From contig CM106586.1 of the NCBI GenBank assembly GCA_048013815.1, positions 17,546,001 to 17,610,000 on the forward strand: a stretch of DNA of 64,000 nt. Direction: 5' to 3'. A model generated the notes under the pieces. It made no database searches, had not been told where the DNA came from, and saw nothing but the letters and a program-made list of their open reading frames with translations. Of this stretch, positions 9,293 to 21,850 are shown piece by piece. Every line of letters begins with the position of its first letter. Position 1 is the first letter of the stretch. This DNA comes from Setoptus koraiensis (taxonomy: Eukaryota > Animalia > Arthropoda). The position numbers were made by a program, and so were the translations under genes.

Positions 9293-12200
9293 ATTTGGTT
9301 GCTTGGACAGATTTCTAATAATAACGAAGAGTGATCATGTATAGATACTATTTATGATACAAATTTCCACTATTATAAATAAATATTTGTATATATATAT
9401 ATACATATATAATATGTAGGCCAGAACTACAACAGAAAACCAGATTCACTTTCAATCTCAAGATAGACGAGAAAAGTAGTGTTGTTGTCGGTAGTTGCGC
9501 TGTCTGCGTGAAGAGGCGCTCTAGCCGAAAGTTGCCTTACAAGTTGTTAGTGAGTTGCAGGTGAAGCGCAATAGAAATCAAAATACGCAGTTACCACCGC
9601 TTACAATGGCCGTGTCGACTTTTATTACCTGGTTATGTAACCTGCATATTACGCAAGTGACTTATATTGAGTTACTGACAAACCAGGCTTACAATTTGTG
9701 AACTAGTTAGTCCAGCAACCTGTAGACTCGCAACTCTCTCTCGCTCTCACTCTGTTTGCTCTTTGGCACCCTATCTGTTAAATGGATTTTGTGCAAACTA
9801 ATGGACTTTTGTAACAACAACGGATTACATATTACACATAATACCTTTAGAAATGATAGTGAAAGGGAGAACGAGCTTGAGAGAGAATAGAGAGCACGAG
9901 AGGAGACTTTTTTTGTCTCTGTGTGATCTCTAGATTTGATGTGAAAATATAAGATAAAAGAAAGAGAATTGAAGAAGTATGAGAAGAGAGCTTAAGATAA
10001 AAACACTCGTTGTTGTTGTTGGTGCCTATTATGAGATTATCTGATTTTGCTCTCTTTCTCTCTCTCTCTGTGTGCCTTTTGTGCCTAATGAAAGAATGGA
10101 TCGTCCTCTCCTCGGACTGTTGGCACTATTGTGACTGTTTTGATCGCCAGGCAAGCTGAGAAATTTATAGAAAGGCAGCGCGAGCGAGTGTGTCAGTGTG
10201 TGAATGAGCCTTTATGTAATATATAATAAGACTTTATCTCGATCTGGACAGCAACGACAACAACAGCAACAACAGCGACAATAACGCCAACAAATCTATC
10301 TCTCAATGGGAAATGCAATCATTTTTTTTATTTAAATAGATTAAGTAGATTAAGTGCTTTGTCCTGACGCCAGTCGCGACAACTGGACAATGAACTTGAA
10401 ACCCCTGCGCTGTCCGAACCAATTGTTGCCGTTGTTTGACTAGGTCTCTCGCCGTTGTTTGCCCGTCGAGCGATTGGCGGCGGTTGCGCTGTTTCTGTTT
10501 CTGTTGCATTTGTTGCCGTTGCTGTTGTTGTTGCTGTCAGCGCCTGAAGTTTGTTGACCGCTACAACAACAATAATAGATATGCAATGAAACACTCACGC
10601 CCGGCTCGTGAATCTTCTCTACACGTCGTCTCGTTCGAGTGTTTTGTTGGCCCGTGATCCAATGTCATTATTGCCCAGCTTGGGCGATTTGCTCTACGAC
10701 CATCTGGCGCTCTCTCTCCCTCTCTCTCTCTCTGTCTCTGTCTCGCATGGCGATAATTTTATAACTAGCCGAGCGAGAGCGCACTAAATGCTGTTGTCGC
10801 TGTTGTTCAATATAATCAAATTAACCTCTAATAACATAGCTGGCGGTGTCATTAGGTAAACATTGCGTAATGGCTGGCGCTACAAACGCTGCAAAATTCG
10901 CGGTGCCAGCGCTGACTGTGTTTGCCAATTTGAAACTATTCACCGGTCAGTCGGTCCTATCGTCCGATTTGGACGTGGTCAGTCCGCAACGAGTGGACGC
11001 CGCCAGTCGGCAACGAGTGGACGCCGCCAGTCCGCAACAAGTGGCCGCAAACGAGTTGTTGCGGACCGACCGGCGCCAATAAAAGCAGACGCTAAACAGT
11101 TATATAATACAACTTATATTGTCCGGCTTTTGTGGTGGCCAGTGCTAGTGTTAATCTAATAATCCTTGTCATCAAATAGAGCAAATAGAACAAAACACAC
11201 ACACAAATCAAATCAACATGATTGACGTGCAGCCACTTGTTGTGTCGACGGTGGGGCGAGCCGCGGCTCAAGTAGCGGTAGTGACACGATAGTGACGGTC
11301 AACTTTGCCCACAATTGATGGGACACAAATTAAGCGGCTCTGACAAGCGCCCAGCAAACACACTTATTATCGGCCGACCCAATGGTTGGCATTTAAGCTT
11401 TTCGCTGTCAGCCCAATTACTCGCTTGTGTATTATTCGGCCGATTGTGATTTCGGGCATTTCGAGACGCGACTCCTGGGCGCAATGTCGTCGCTCTGATA
11501 TTGGGATGAATATTGGGAGTTTTTCGTCAATTTTTCCTAATACCTTAGCAACGCCAGCGACTGGAGTGCGCGAACGAGAGGCAAACAAACAGTTAAGGGT
11601 GAATAGCGACAAGCGACAAAATCCCCGACAATTGTCGGCCATTATCGTGCTTGCGCGACCGAGACTGGACGTCGGCTGGCGACGACCATTATCGACAGCG
11701 ACAGCGACGGCCAGTCGGCCCGGCTGAAAATTTCAGGCTGAAAATTTCGGGCTGAAAATTTCGGGCTGAAATGAAGTGAGGAAAAACAAGTTGAATGAGC
11801 ACAAAGTTGGCAAATATTTAAAACGATGAATGAAATAACGCAGCCATTACGCAATGCCGTGCCGCCGTATGTGCTGCTGATAATTATCATTATCATCCGC
11901 CATTACGGAATATAGGTTTGTCGCTAGCGCTGCTCAGCGAGGCTCATTGGACAGCCTAGCATTGGCACCGGGCATCGGACGTTGGCGAGACAAGTGCGCC
12001 CAATAACAGGAAGAGGAACTGCAACAACAACTGTCGATTGGCAAACATGGCCGGCCTGTGCAACTCAATCAAAAGAACACACAACAAAAAAACGTTTTCG
12101 CCGGCTTGCCGGGCATCTCGCCCGCACCTGTCGCATTGAGCGGCACAGGTACAGGTGAAGGCTAGCGGCACAGGTGAGCCGCCGGTTGGCCGGTTGGCTG

Positions 12201-13362
12201 CTAAGTTGGCCGGTTAGCTAGCTGGTCGGCCGGTCGGGATGAAGATGGATGAAGAGAGCGAGTCTATATGGCGATTTGGAGAACGGATTTGAATTGAATA
12301 ACGGAAAAAAGCGAGCGAGGCAAGTTTAAATTTAACAGCAATAAATAATAATGATGATAATTGAGTGTGAAAATCGAGAGTGACCGATCGTCCGCTAATG
12401 ACGACCCATTCATCATTTGCTGCCAGTGCAATCAGTGATGTCGCTGCACTTGACTCATCGTAACGGCCCACCATTAAACAGTGTCGTCGTGGCATCGTCA
12501 GCAGCTAATTTGCATGCCGCCAATTGCTGACTGACAATTGTGAATTGAATTGTCGCACCGTTAGCCGGCCGCCGCTGGCGAATGGTGTGTGAATAATGAG
12601 CATGATTCATGCCGTATGAATACGAGTGCATGCCGTATGAATATGAGTGCGAATATGGGTAAGACTCTCGCCGTAATAGCATAAAAATGAGTGGCCGATA
12701 TAAAATAATGATTATTGCATGTCGTCTGAGGCTGCTGCTGATGTGCTGCGGCGTTGTGCAAAAACAACTGGATGCACCAGAGAGAGAGAGAGAGCAGCAT
12801 TGCGCAACTCGCCATATCGCACGCGATTGCCGCCAGCGAGACTCGCCTGTCGGGCGTTTGTCGGCCCGAGCAGCGGTCGTGTGATTTATGTGAGCTCGCC
12901 AGTGCCGGCAGAAGATGATGATGATTTTATCAATCAAATCGAGCCAAATCACGGCGCTGCCAGCCGGCGTTATCAGCGGGATCGCACAATGCGCGAGCGT
13001 CTCTCGAGCGTCTCTCGAGCGACCGACGGCGAGCGGCCGACGGCGAGCCTTGAATCGGCGAGCGCTGACAGCCGCCGATACGGTATCGGCGATACCAATC
13101 TGTCGAGCAGCGATCCCGCTCGCGCATGAGACAGATAAGACAATTCTGTGCGTGAGTGTGCCGCTGCTGTGCCGATTACATAATAATAACGGCGCATTGC
13201 ATGAGCGGCGACACGATCCGTTCGGCGGTGGCGAGCGAGCCGTTGGGCGGTATCTAGACGAAGTGTCTCGGTGGGCGGAGGCCAACGGCAGCGCCAGAGT
13301 AGCGAACGGATTGTGTCGGCCATTCACGACTCTATTGTTGTTGTCGCTGTTGTTGTTGTCGC

Positions 13363-13402
<40 letters not shown>

Positions 13403-16400
13403 GCTGTTGCCGCTGTTGGCGCTGTTGGCTGTCGTTGCTGTTGTTGGCTGGCTGTCGCTGGCAGCGAGACGCTAACTAACGGAACGCGAAACGGCCAGCG
13501 AGAGAGAGTGAGTGATGGTTCATTGCGTCTATTTCTTGTGCCCAGTGATCATCGTGATGAGACATGATTAGAAACTGCGACTGTCATCACACATCGTCGC
13601 CTAATTCACTTGCAACAACATGCTCAGCTGTGCGTACCTGTAGACAATTTTGATTATTGCATAACAGTTACAGATACGACACAACCGCAACAACCACAAC
13701 AACGCCAACAACCAAAACAACAACCACTACAACAACCACAACAACAACCGCCAGTATCGCCGCCAGTTTGACGGCAGTGGCTCAGGCGGCCAGTTAGATC
13801 ATTAGTAACGGTAATAGTGGTAGGTGGGCCCGCGATTCATTCAGACAAGGCGCGCAATTCATGCAAAGCAGCCAGCGGATCGATCGACACACACACACAC
13901 ACACACGACACCCAATTCGCAGGCTTACACAATCGAGCGATCACAATCGAGCCGTCAAATGTGAATGACAATTGAATAACAGTTGTATCGCCAAACTCAA
14001 TCACAACCGTAACAAAACCGAATCACAACCGCACCAAAACTGTATCACAACGGCACCAAAACTGTATCACAATTGCACCAAAACTGTATCACAATTGTAT
14101 CACAACTGTATCAAAACTGCAACGTAGCCACCGGTCACAAGCTGCAATTTACAGGTGACCGCACTCGCCCGCTCGACACAATCGACGCACTCGACACACT
14201 CGATATATTGAAATCGGAACGTGCCCGCAGCGCCCAGTCGTGTCAGGCGCCCGCCCGGATCGCATCGTCGCATTTAACCGTCGCCGTGGTCGCGCAAGTT
14301 ACCCGTCAGCGTCAATTATCCGCCGAACGCGCAAACTCGCAAAATCACAAAATCACAAAATCACAAAATCGCAAAGGCGCAAAATCGCAAATTCGCGAAC
14401 GCGCAAACTCGCCTGCCAGCGCGAGCGACAGAAGAGAAGCCGTCAAGTGACAGCCCAGCGCAACCGTCGAGCCGCCGGAGCATCCGCCGAGGCGCCCACA
14501 ATCGCAGCGGACAACATTCAGGTAAGTGACAGTGCCCGTTGCGGCGACAAAGTGCGCCCCCGCCCCCGCACCAGTGAACAGCCAACAGTGACAACAGTGA
14601 CTCACTGTCAGTGAGGACAGTTGCGCGAAACAATGTCAAGATCGCTGGCACAGCGCGGGCACAGCGCCGTGCCTTGTGAGCAGCGTATGTCAGCGTCGTG
14701 TTTGTTTGTCTTTTTAAATTGAATCTCTCCTACGACAAGTGCAATGTGTGACGTAATTGGCGCCAGTGCCAGCGACAAGCCAAATGGGCGCAAATGAACA
14801 GCAGCAGCAGCAACAGGTTGTGTGTGTGTGTGTGCGACCGTTGCGTAACCCGCTATCAATCAATCGCATCCATCAGCTGTTTTCTCACACTGATCTCATG
14901 ACTGTTGTTAGAGCACACCGACAAACAGAAACACAAACAACGACAACAATGACAGCCGCTACAAACACAATGACGGCAGGTGATTGTCGTTGAGACATGC
15001 GAGCCAAAGAGTTCAAATCAAATCAAACGCGACGGACCTATCAATTAGACAAAGAGACGGCGCTCATTAGGTGATTAAATCAAGTTCACATTTGTTTCGT
15101 ATAGCTGGCGTGATTGATTGATTGATTGACCGACCGGCTGATCGGTTCGGTTCGGCCCGGCTCACAAGTCAGTTTGATTGTGTCTGTGTGCTGTTCGCTT
15201 CTCCGCGACTCCACCGAGCCCGGCCGGCTGAGCGCCAGTCAGAGGGCGCGGTCGCGACGGGCCGACCCGACCGTCGCGGCGAGCCGGCAAACCCGCGCCT
15301 GAAAGTCGGGCCGGCAAAGCGAAGCCGGCAAAGCCCAATGGCAGTCGCAATGGCAGTCGCAATGGCAGTCGCAATGGCAATTAAGGGCGTTTAAGCGACG
15401 ATGGTGGCGACGATGAGCGATGGATGGCTCAGCCTCGCCATCATGCTTGCTTCCTCTTTGCGCCGGCATCGCCGAGCGGCCGCATCGAGCGCAGCAACGA
15501 GCCGCAGCGCCCGCCCCCATCGGTTTGCCGCTTCCGGTTGGCCGAGTTCGAGACAGCGGCCAACCGGCGAGCTCGAGACAGCGGCCAGCCGGCGAGCTCG
15601 AGCATCGCATGAGTGCGACATGGACGCTTGTGGAGCCACTATGAATGATGTAATCTCGCCCTGATGAAATATTGTGTGTCTCGAATGATGCATTAGGCCC
15701 GCACGGTCGCCTGTTGCATGGTGGTCGTAGGTGGATTTTGTTTTTGTCCGGTAGGCGCTGCGCCAGAGGCAAGCATCGACGCGGGCCAAAAACAAAACTT
15801 TTGTTTCGGACGAGCCCGTTGCGTCACTCGCTCGCCGATTTGCGCCCGGTTGCCGCTCGCCGATTTCGCGCCGGCGCCGATCGGCGACGAAACTCGACGA
15901 CTCTTTTGCAATGCGACGACTCTTTTGGAATGCGACGACGCTCGAAATCGGGCGACACTCGCAATTGGGAGCAAGTTGCTGCGAGCGTCGGCGCCGTGCC
16001 AACACGGTGCCGCGCGACTCGCCGATTTGTCGATCGAAACGGGTTGCATGCTGCGATATGGTCGGCGGCGGCGACATTAGGTAACAATTTGGCTCGTCCC
16101 GGCCAGCGGTTCGTTGTCGCTGGCGAGCGGTTCGCCGTCACTGGCGGGCCGGGCCAGCTTGCGGTTGGCGAGCGGGCGGGTGTGCGCCAGCGCGATTGCG
16201 TTCGTGTCAAACGACACTAATGACATAGGCACAGGTGAGCGCGATTGGAAATAGAGTGCTCACAAGTTTGTTGTTAGCAACTGACAATTGTAAGGTAACA
16301 ATTACCGCTGGCCGGCTGCCGGCTGCCGTTTGCCGGCAAATAATAATAGTAGCGGCGCCAGCAAAATAATAATGATCACCTGTTGTCGTTTGTTGGCTAG

Positions 16401-19321
16401 CGAGCGGCGCTAGCGGCGCCGGTAGCGGCGCCGATGACGCTTAATCAATAGTTGCCAGTTGCCAACTGTTGATCACACGCCATTTTTGCCGCCATCCGAC
16501 GGCGGTTTGTTTGCCACGCAACAGCCACACCGACAACAACGCCGACAACGACAACGACAACAGCGACAACAGCGACAATGACAACGACAACGAAAGCAGC
16601 GACAACAGCGACAACAGCGACAACAGCGACAACGACGCCAGCAGCGGCAACGGCAACACCAACAAATCCGTCTCAGACAGACGGACGGACGGACGGACAG
16701 AGGCAGCTTATGGCGGCCCATGTGACCTGCAGGAAACGGGCCGGCCAGTTGCGTAACAGTGCCGTTTGACAGTCGCACAGCAGTGTTGCATCATCGGCAG
16801 TGCTGTCGGCCACCGTGAATATGTGGTGCCAAAAAAGCAACAGTGCGCGTTGTTCGTTGCCAAGACTTTTTTGTCGGCCAGCGGCAACCGCGACGACAAC
16901 AGCGACAACGACAGCAGAAGCAACCACAGCAACGACAACAACGAACGCCGCTCCCGAGCCGACAAATCGCACCGAGCGATGCAAATAGCCGGCCGGGCGA
17001 ACGGGCCGCTTCACCTGAGCGGCCCGCTCCGTCTGGGCCGGCCGCTTCACCTGAACGGGCCGCTCAGACGCTCAGTGTGAGCGGTCCGGCGCGGCTCGCC
17101 AGCGAAGGTGAACAACCAGCGATGACAGGCAAACCAGAGCGACCGGCCGATCGTTTGCTTGCAGCGGAACGGTCGCCGTCGTTGATCATTCTCTGATTAT
17201 CATTCTATTATTAACTCGGCCTGTTGTGTCGCTGTTACAAAGTTTGCTGTCCACTTTTTACTCTCGTTGCCCGTTGCTCGGCACGCCAGCCGCAACCAAC
17301 TTTTTGTTTGTTGCGCTGTCAGGGGGGATTTTTTCAGGGCTCAACTGTCGATTGTTGCAACAGCAACAACAACAACAGCAACAACAACGACAGCAGCAAC
17401 AACGACAGCAGCAACAACAGCGGCAACAACAACAGCGGCAACGGCCGGCCAGTTGTCGACATGACATCCGAAGCCGGCTGGCAGTTTGCAAATAAATGCT
17501 CGCATACTTGTCAGATATACAAATACTCGCCGGACTGTACAAATACTGTGCGAATACGCAACGTTCGTGTCATAATAATAATAAACGAATGGCGCCATGC
17601 AATAATGAATGGGCAGCGGCCAAATTGATCGAGCCGCTCGGCCGGCCATCGGTGGCCCATTGAACTGGCCAATGTGCGACAGCGATTACCGCGCCACATC
17701 TACCGCTGTCGCTGTCTATCTATGCAATATCTATAGATCTAACAAGACACGCTTTGTGCTTTTGCGCTTGATGATGTTACGTAATAGGCGATCATGTAAC
17801 AGCGAGCAACACGCACGGCCGCTAATCTGTGTGTGTGTGTGTGTGTGTAAATGAACGAGCCAACAATGAGCGATTGACTGATCTGGCGATTGTGCAATAA
17901 TTTCATCAAATGTGGCGCACGGACAAACAAAAACAAACAACATCGAGTGGCCGAGCGAGCGACCACTGGGCCACTTTGCCTATTACATAACACACAGATA
18001 CCGCACTGCAGATAAAACGCGACGTGAGAGGCCGACAATGAGCCGAGCGTCGTTATTTAGACACATTTAAGACGCCAGATAATCATTGTTATTGTTTGTT
18101 GTCGCTGTTGTTGTTGTCGCTGTTGTTGTTGTCGCTGTTGTTGTTGTTGTTGTTGGCGTGCTGCTCGGCCGGCCGCTTGTCGTCTACATGACAGTGTTGC
18201 GTCATGCGACAGTCGCTGTCGGACAGTGCATGCGTTTGTGTTTGTTCGCCCAATGAAATATTGCCAACAACGGCACACACACACACAATGCAAACAAACG
18301 AGCCCGGCTGACCGATGTGAGTCGGCCAGCATCAGTGCGGCCGCTCCGTCGCGTCACAATGGCTTGGCGAGCGGTGCGGCTAGCGCCCAGTTGTCGGGCC
18401 GGTCGAACCGCTGCCCGTTGAGCGTTGCGCGGACCGTTGTACCATGCAACTTGTACGGACCGTTGGCCGGACCGTTGGCCGGAGCGGCGGACGGGATAGA
18501 GCGGCGGACGGGATAGAGAGGACGGGCTAGAGCGGCGGCCGCTTGTGGTTGCGGGTGTGCGCTCTTGGTTCACGGCGGCGATCACTGACAAGCTGGCGAG
18601 CGGACCACAACAACATGAACAACATGCGAGAGGAGACAAATCAACATGCATTAAAATCGAGATCACGATGGATCAATCATGCGCAATTGTGAGCCCTGGC
18701 CGTCGCCGTTATCATCGCGGCGCGCTGATTGCAATCGTAATGACAACTAATTGAAAATGACGGCTCATTTGCATACTCATGTCTCGTATGCGTCTGGTCC
18801 GGTTTGTGCCCACTGCGCGCCACTGTTGCCAGCTGTCCGGCGTGACAGATATCTGACCAACTGGCCGGCGTGAGTTATCGTGGGCACTCATATCGCTCAT
18901 CATGCCGGCCGGCGCAAATTGGCCTGCCAAATGGCCGCGCCAATTCAAATGGCCGCGCCAAATCAAATGTGCGCGCCGTCGAGCGCAACAGTTACGCAAC
19001 GGCGCGACGGGCAACAAGTCGCAACAGGGCATAAGTTACCCGACGGCCGCGGCCAGTGCAAGTGACCGGCGCACACTGTGCGCCGCTCGGTCAAGTGTCC
19101 GAATGTGTCTCGGCTCCGCTGCGTCTGCTACATTTGCCTGTGTGCGTGCGTGCGACGCCATAACTGGGACGGCGCATCCATCACGGCGCTGGCGCTAACA
19201 GCAAGTCACGAGTTGCGGCCAACAATCGGCCGCTCGACAGACGATGAGCTCATCATGCAGATTGGGGTCTCATTTGCATATCTGCGCTCGTTATCTGCGC
19301 TTGTTGTGCTGTCATGTCCCG

Positions 19322-19410
19322 CTCGGACACTGCGGCTCGACACTGCGGCTCGGACACTGCGGCTCGGACACTGCGGCTCGGACACTGCGGCTCGGACACT
19401 GCCGCTCGGA
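19322..19410. repeat. Minisatellite of (CGGACACTGCGGCT)-like units, about 6 copies
   Basis: Directly visible tandem repeat with small variants. Confidence 0.85.
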
Positions 19411-21850
19411 CGGTCGCTATGAGTGCCGCATTTGGCATCAGTCATTTGACTCATGCGCTCGCAGTGCATGACTCAAATGAGTGAGTGTCTCCCCCGCAAA
19501 TACACTCTTGCGGGCGCAAGAGTGTATTCGCGTATGAGCGCATTGTTGGCAACAAGTTGGCCATTATTAGCCGCATTGTGCATGCTGGTAGCAGCACACG
19601 ACAATGCGGCTACCTGTGCCTGCAGCATGCAGTTGCGTAACATGCTTTCGCCGGCCACTTGTCGTAAGGGGGCCATTGTTGTGTTGTTACGTCATGAACT
19701 TGTAGTATTTGCGCCACAACTGGCGCTGCGCAAATACTACAAATTGGTCCGCGTGACCCGCACTCTTCGTCGGCTCTCTTTGGCCGCGCCGAGGCTTCGC
19801 GGCGCCGAGCCTTCGAGCGTCCCGAGCGCTTCGAGCGCTTCGAAGGGTTCGCAGCGGCTCGCCGCGGCTCGCAACTTGCGCCAAACAGAGCGTCGGCACG
19901 ACGGCGCCGTCATTAGGCCGATCGTCGCGGGTCGCGATGCGTTCGTTTCGTGCGCCCGCGAGCTGCCGGTTGCGACCGGCGCACCACTCATCGGGTTGCG
20001 GCGGTCGCCCTTCCGGCCGCAACGACCGGCCGCAGTGTCCGGCCGCAATGACCGGCCGCAGTGTCCGGCCGCGGTGTTCGGTCGCAGTGTCCGGCCGCGG
20101 TGTTCGGTTGCAGTGCGTCCAGAGCGGCGTCGTCCGAGGCCCGGTTATTCAGGCCCGCTATTGAGAGCTCATAATGAGCCGCTCGCGCGACAAGGTGCCA
20201 ATCGAAACGGAAGCTCGTCGATCCGCAGCGAAGCTCCCAACGAACGCTTCGTGAGCGCACCTGTTGCCGCAACTCCCACTACCAGCGCTGCCAGTGCCAC
20301 TGCGACTGCTAGTGCCACTGGGTTGCTCCGTTGCTGCCACTATCTCTGTCACTACGCTCGCCGGCCGGCCGGCCGCTGATTTGTCGCTTTTGTCCCTTTT
20401 GACGCAATCCGGCGCAATCCGGCGCAATCTGGCGCAATCTGACGTAACATATCAGCCGTATCAGCTGTATCCGCAGCTATATATATCAGACTGATGTTAT
20501 CAGAGCGGCGAGTCGGCATGCAGCGGCCAGAGCAGACTGCAATTGGCGCGCTTGCATGATTACATAATTATGTGCGCAAGTGTCTGCGTAACTACATCTG
20601 TATCATGCAGTTTGTATCACACAGTCTGTATCACACAGACGGTGTGTATCTTGGCGGCGGCGGCAGCGCCGGCTACTGCAGCGGCCAGGGTGACGTAATT
20701 GGCGCGCAGAGTTCAGTGCAGGACAAGTGTCATTGCGCAACCGGCGCGCTCTATTTCTGACACTTGTCGCTGGCAGTCGCTTGTTGCAATTGCCCGTTTC
20801 GGGCTCTCGGCGGACTCTCGGCGGACTCTGCAAGCTCTCGCCCTCTCCCTCTCTCGAAGCTGAGCTCTGCGAGCTCTCTGAGGCTCGGACAGTTATCTGG
20901 GCTCTCTGAGCGGGCATATTCTGTGACTCGCTCGCCAGGTACGACGAGCCAGTCGCAGGATATCGCCGACACTCGCAACAATGCGCTCACTTGTCGCTTA
21001 CAAGTGAGTCCGCAAACGATGCCTCCGATGTCACAAATATCTTGCCCAAGCATCTCTTAGCATACTTACGTCATGCAACTTGCATGATATAACTTGTATC
21101 ATATAACTTGCATGATTTAACTTGAGTGATACAAGTCACCTGTGCCTGTACATATAATGTATACTATGGCGGCGTGTATATATAGCTACATTGCGTCAGC
21201 GTCGTCATGGCCGGTCGCGCTAGTGGCGCAATGGCGCCGCCGCCGCCGTTGCCCATGTCACATTACATTTGCCCATGTCACATTACATGAGGCTCGTATG
21301 TACTTAATGGCGCGATATAATGCGACGTAACGCCAGAACATCCGCAAATAGTCGGATCGGCCATTGTTATCTAATGAACACAGAGTTTTTTTAATTTTTG
21401 CATTTTAATATTTTGCTTCTGACACTTGCAGACAGCCGGTCCGCTAGTGGCACCGCTGACAGTGTCGCCGAATAGCCGACCAGCTGAAATAGTCCAAATC
21501 GAAATAGTCCGCACAACGGTCCGCACGCCGCACGCCGGCCGCACCGTCGGCCGCGTAATGGCCGCTCACTCATTAACATGATACGTAACTGTAACACTAG
21601 CACATACTAACCTCTCGTCCCTTGCCACTGTCCCGTCCCCAACCGTCCCGTACCGCCACCGCCGGCACTACCCGTGCTATTGACGCCGTTGCTCCGTTGG
21701 CGCACTTGTTGCTCGGGCCGGCGCGCCAACGCTAATTACAGACGCCAATCACAGACCGAAACACCGACAGCACCGTTACATTGACCAACACACACACACA
21801 CACACAAGGACAATAATTCATACACGCATCAACATTACGCAACAGGAGAG

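Noticed and set aside
9543-9711. About 55-codon open frame on the + strand upstream of the 9292 ORF, checked for an acyl-CoA-binding domain on either strand
   Set aside because: No ACB motifs (YKQA, KWDAW) were found in the frames checked.
10300-21700. Many overlapping 60-300 aa ORFs, including 19453..20379 (308 aa) and 12455..13327 (290 aa)
   Set aside because: They are open on several frames at once because of GC-rich, stop-poor repeats. They give poly-L/V/C/Q/N/T products with no recognisable domain or splice-consistent structure.
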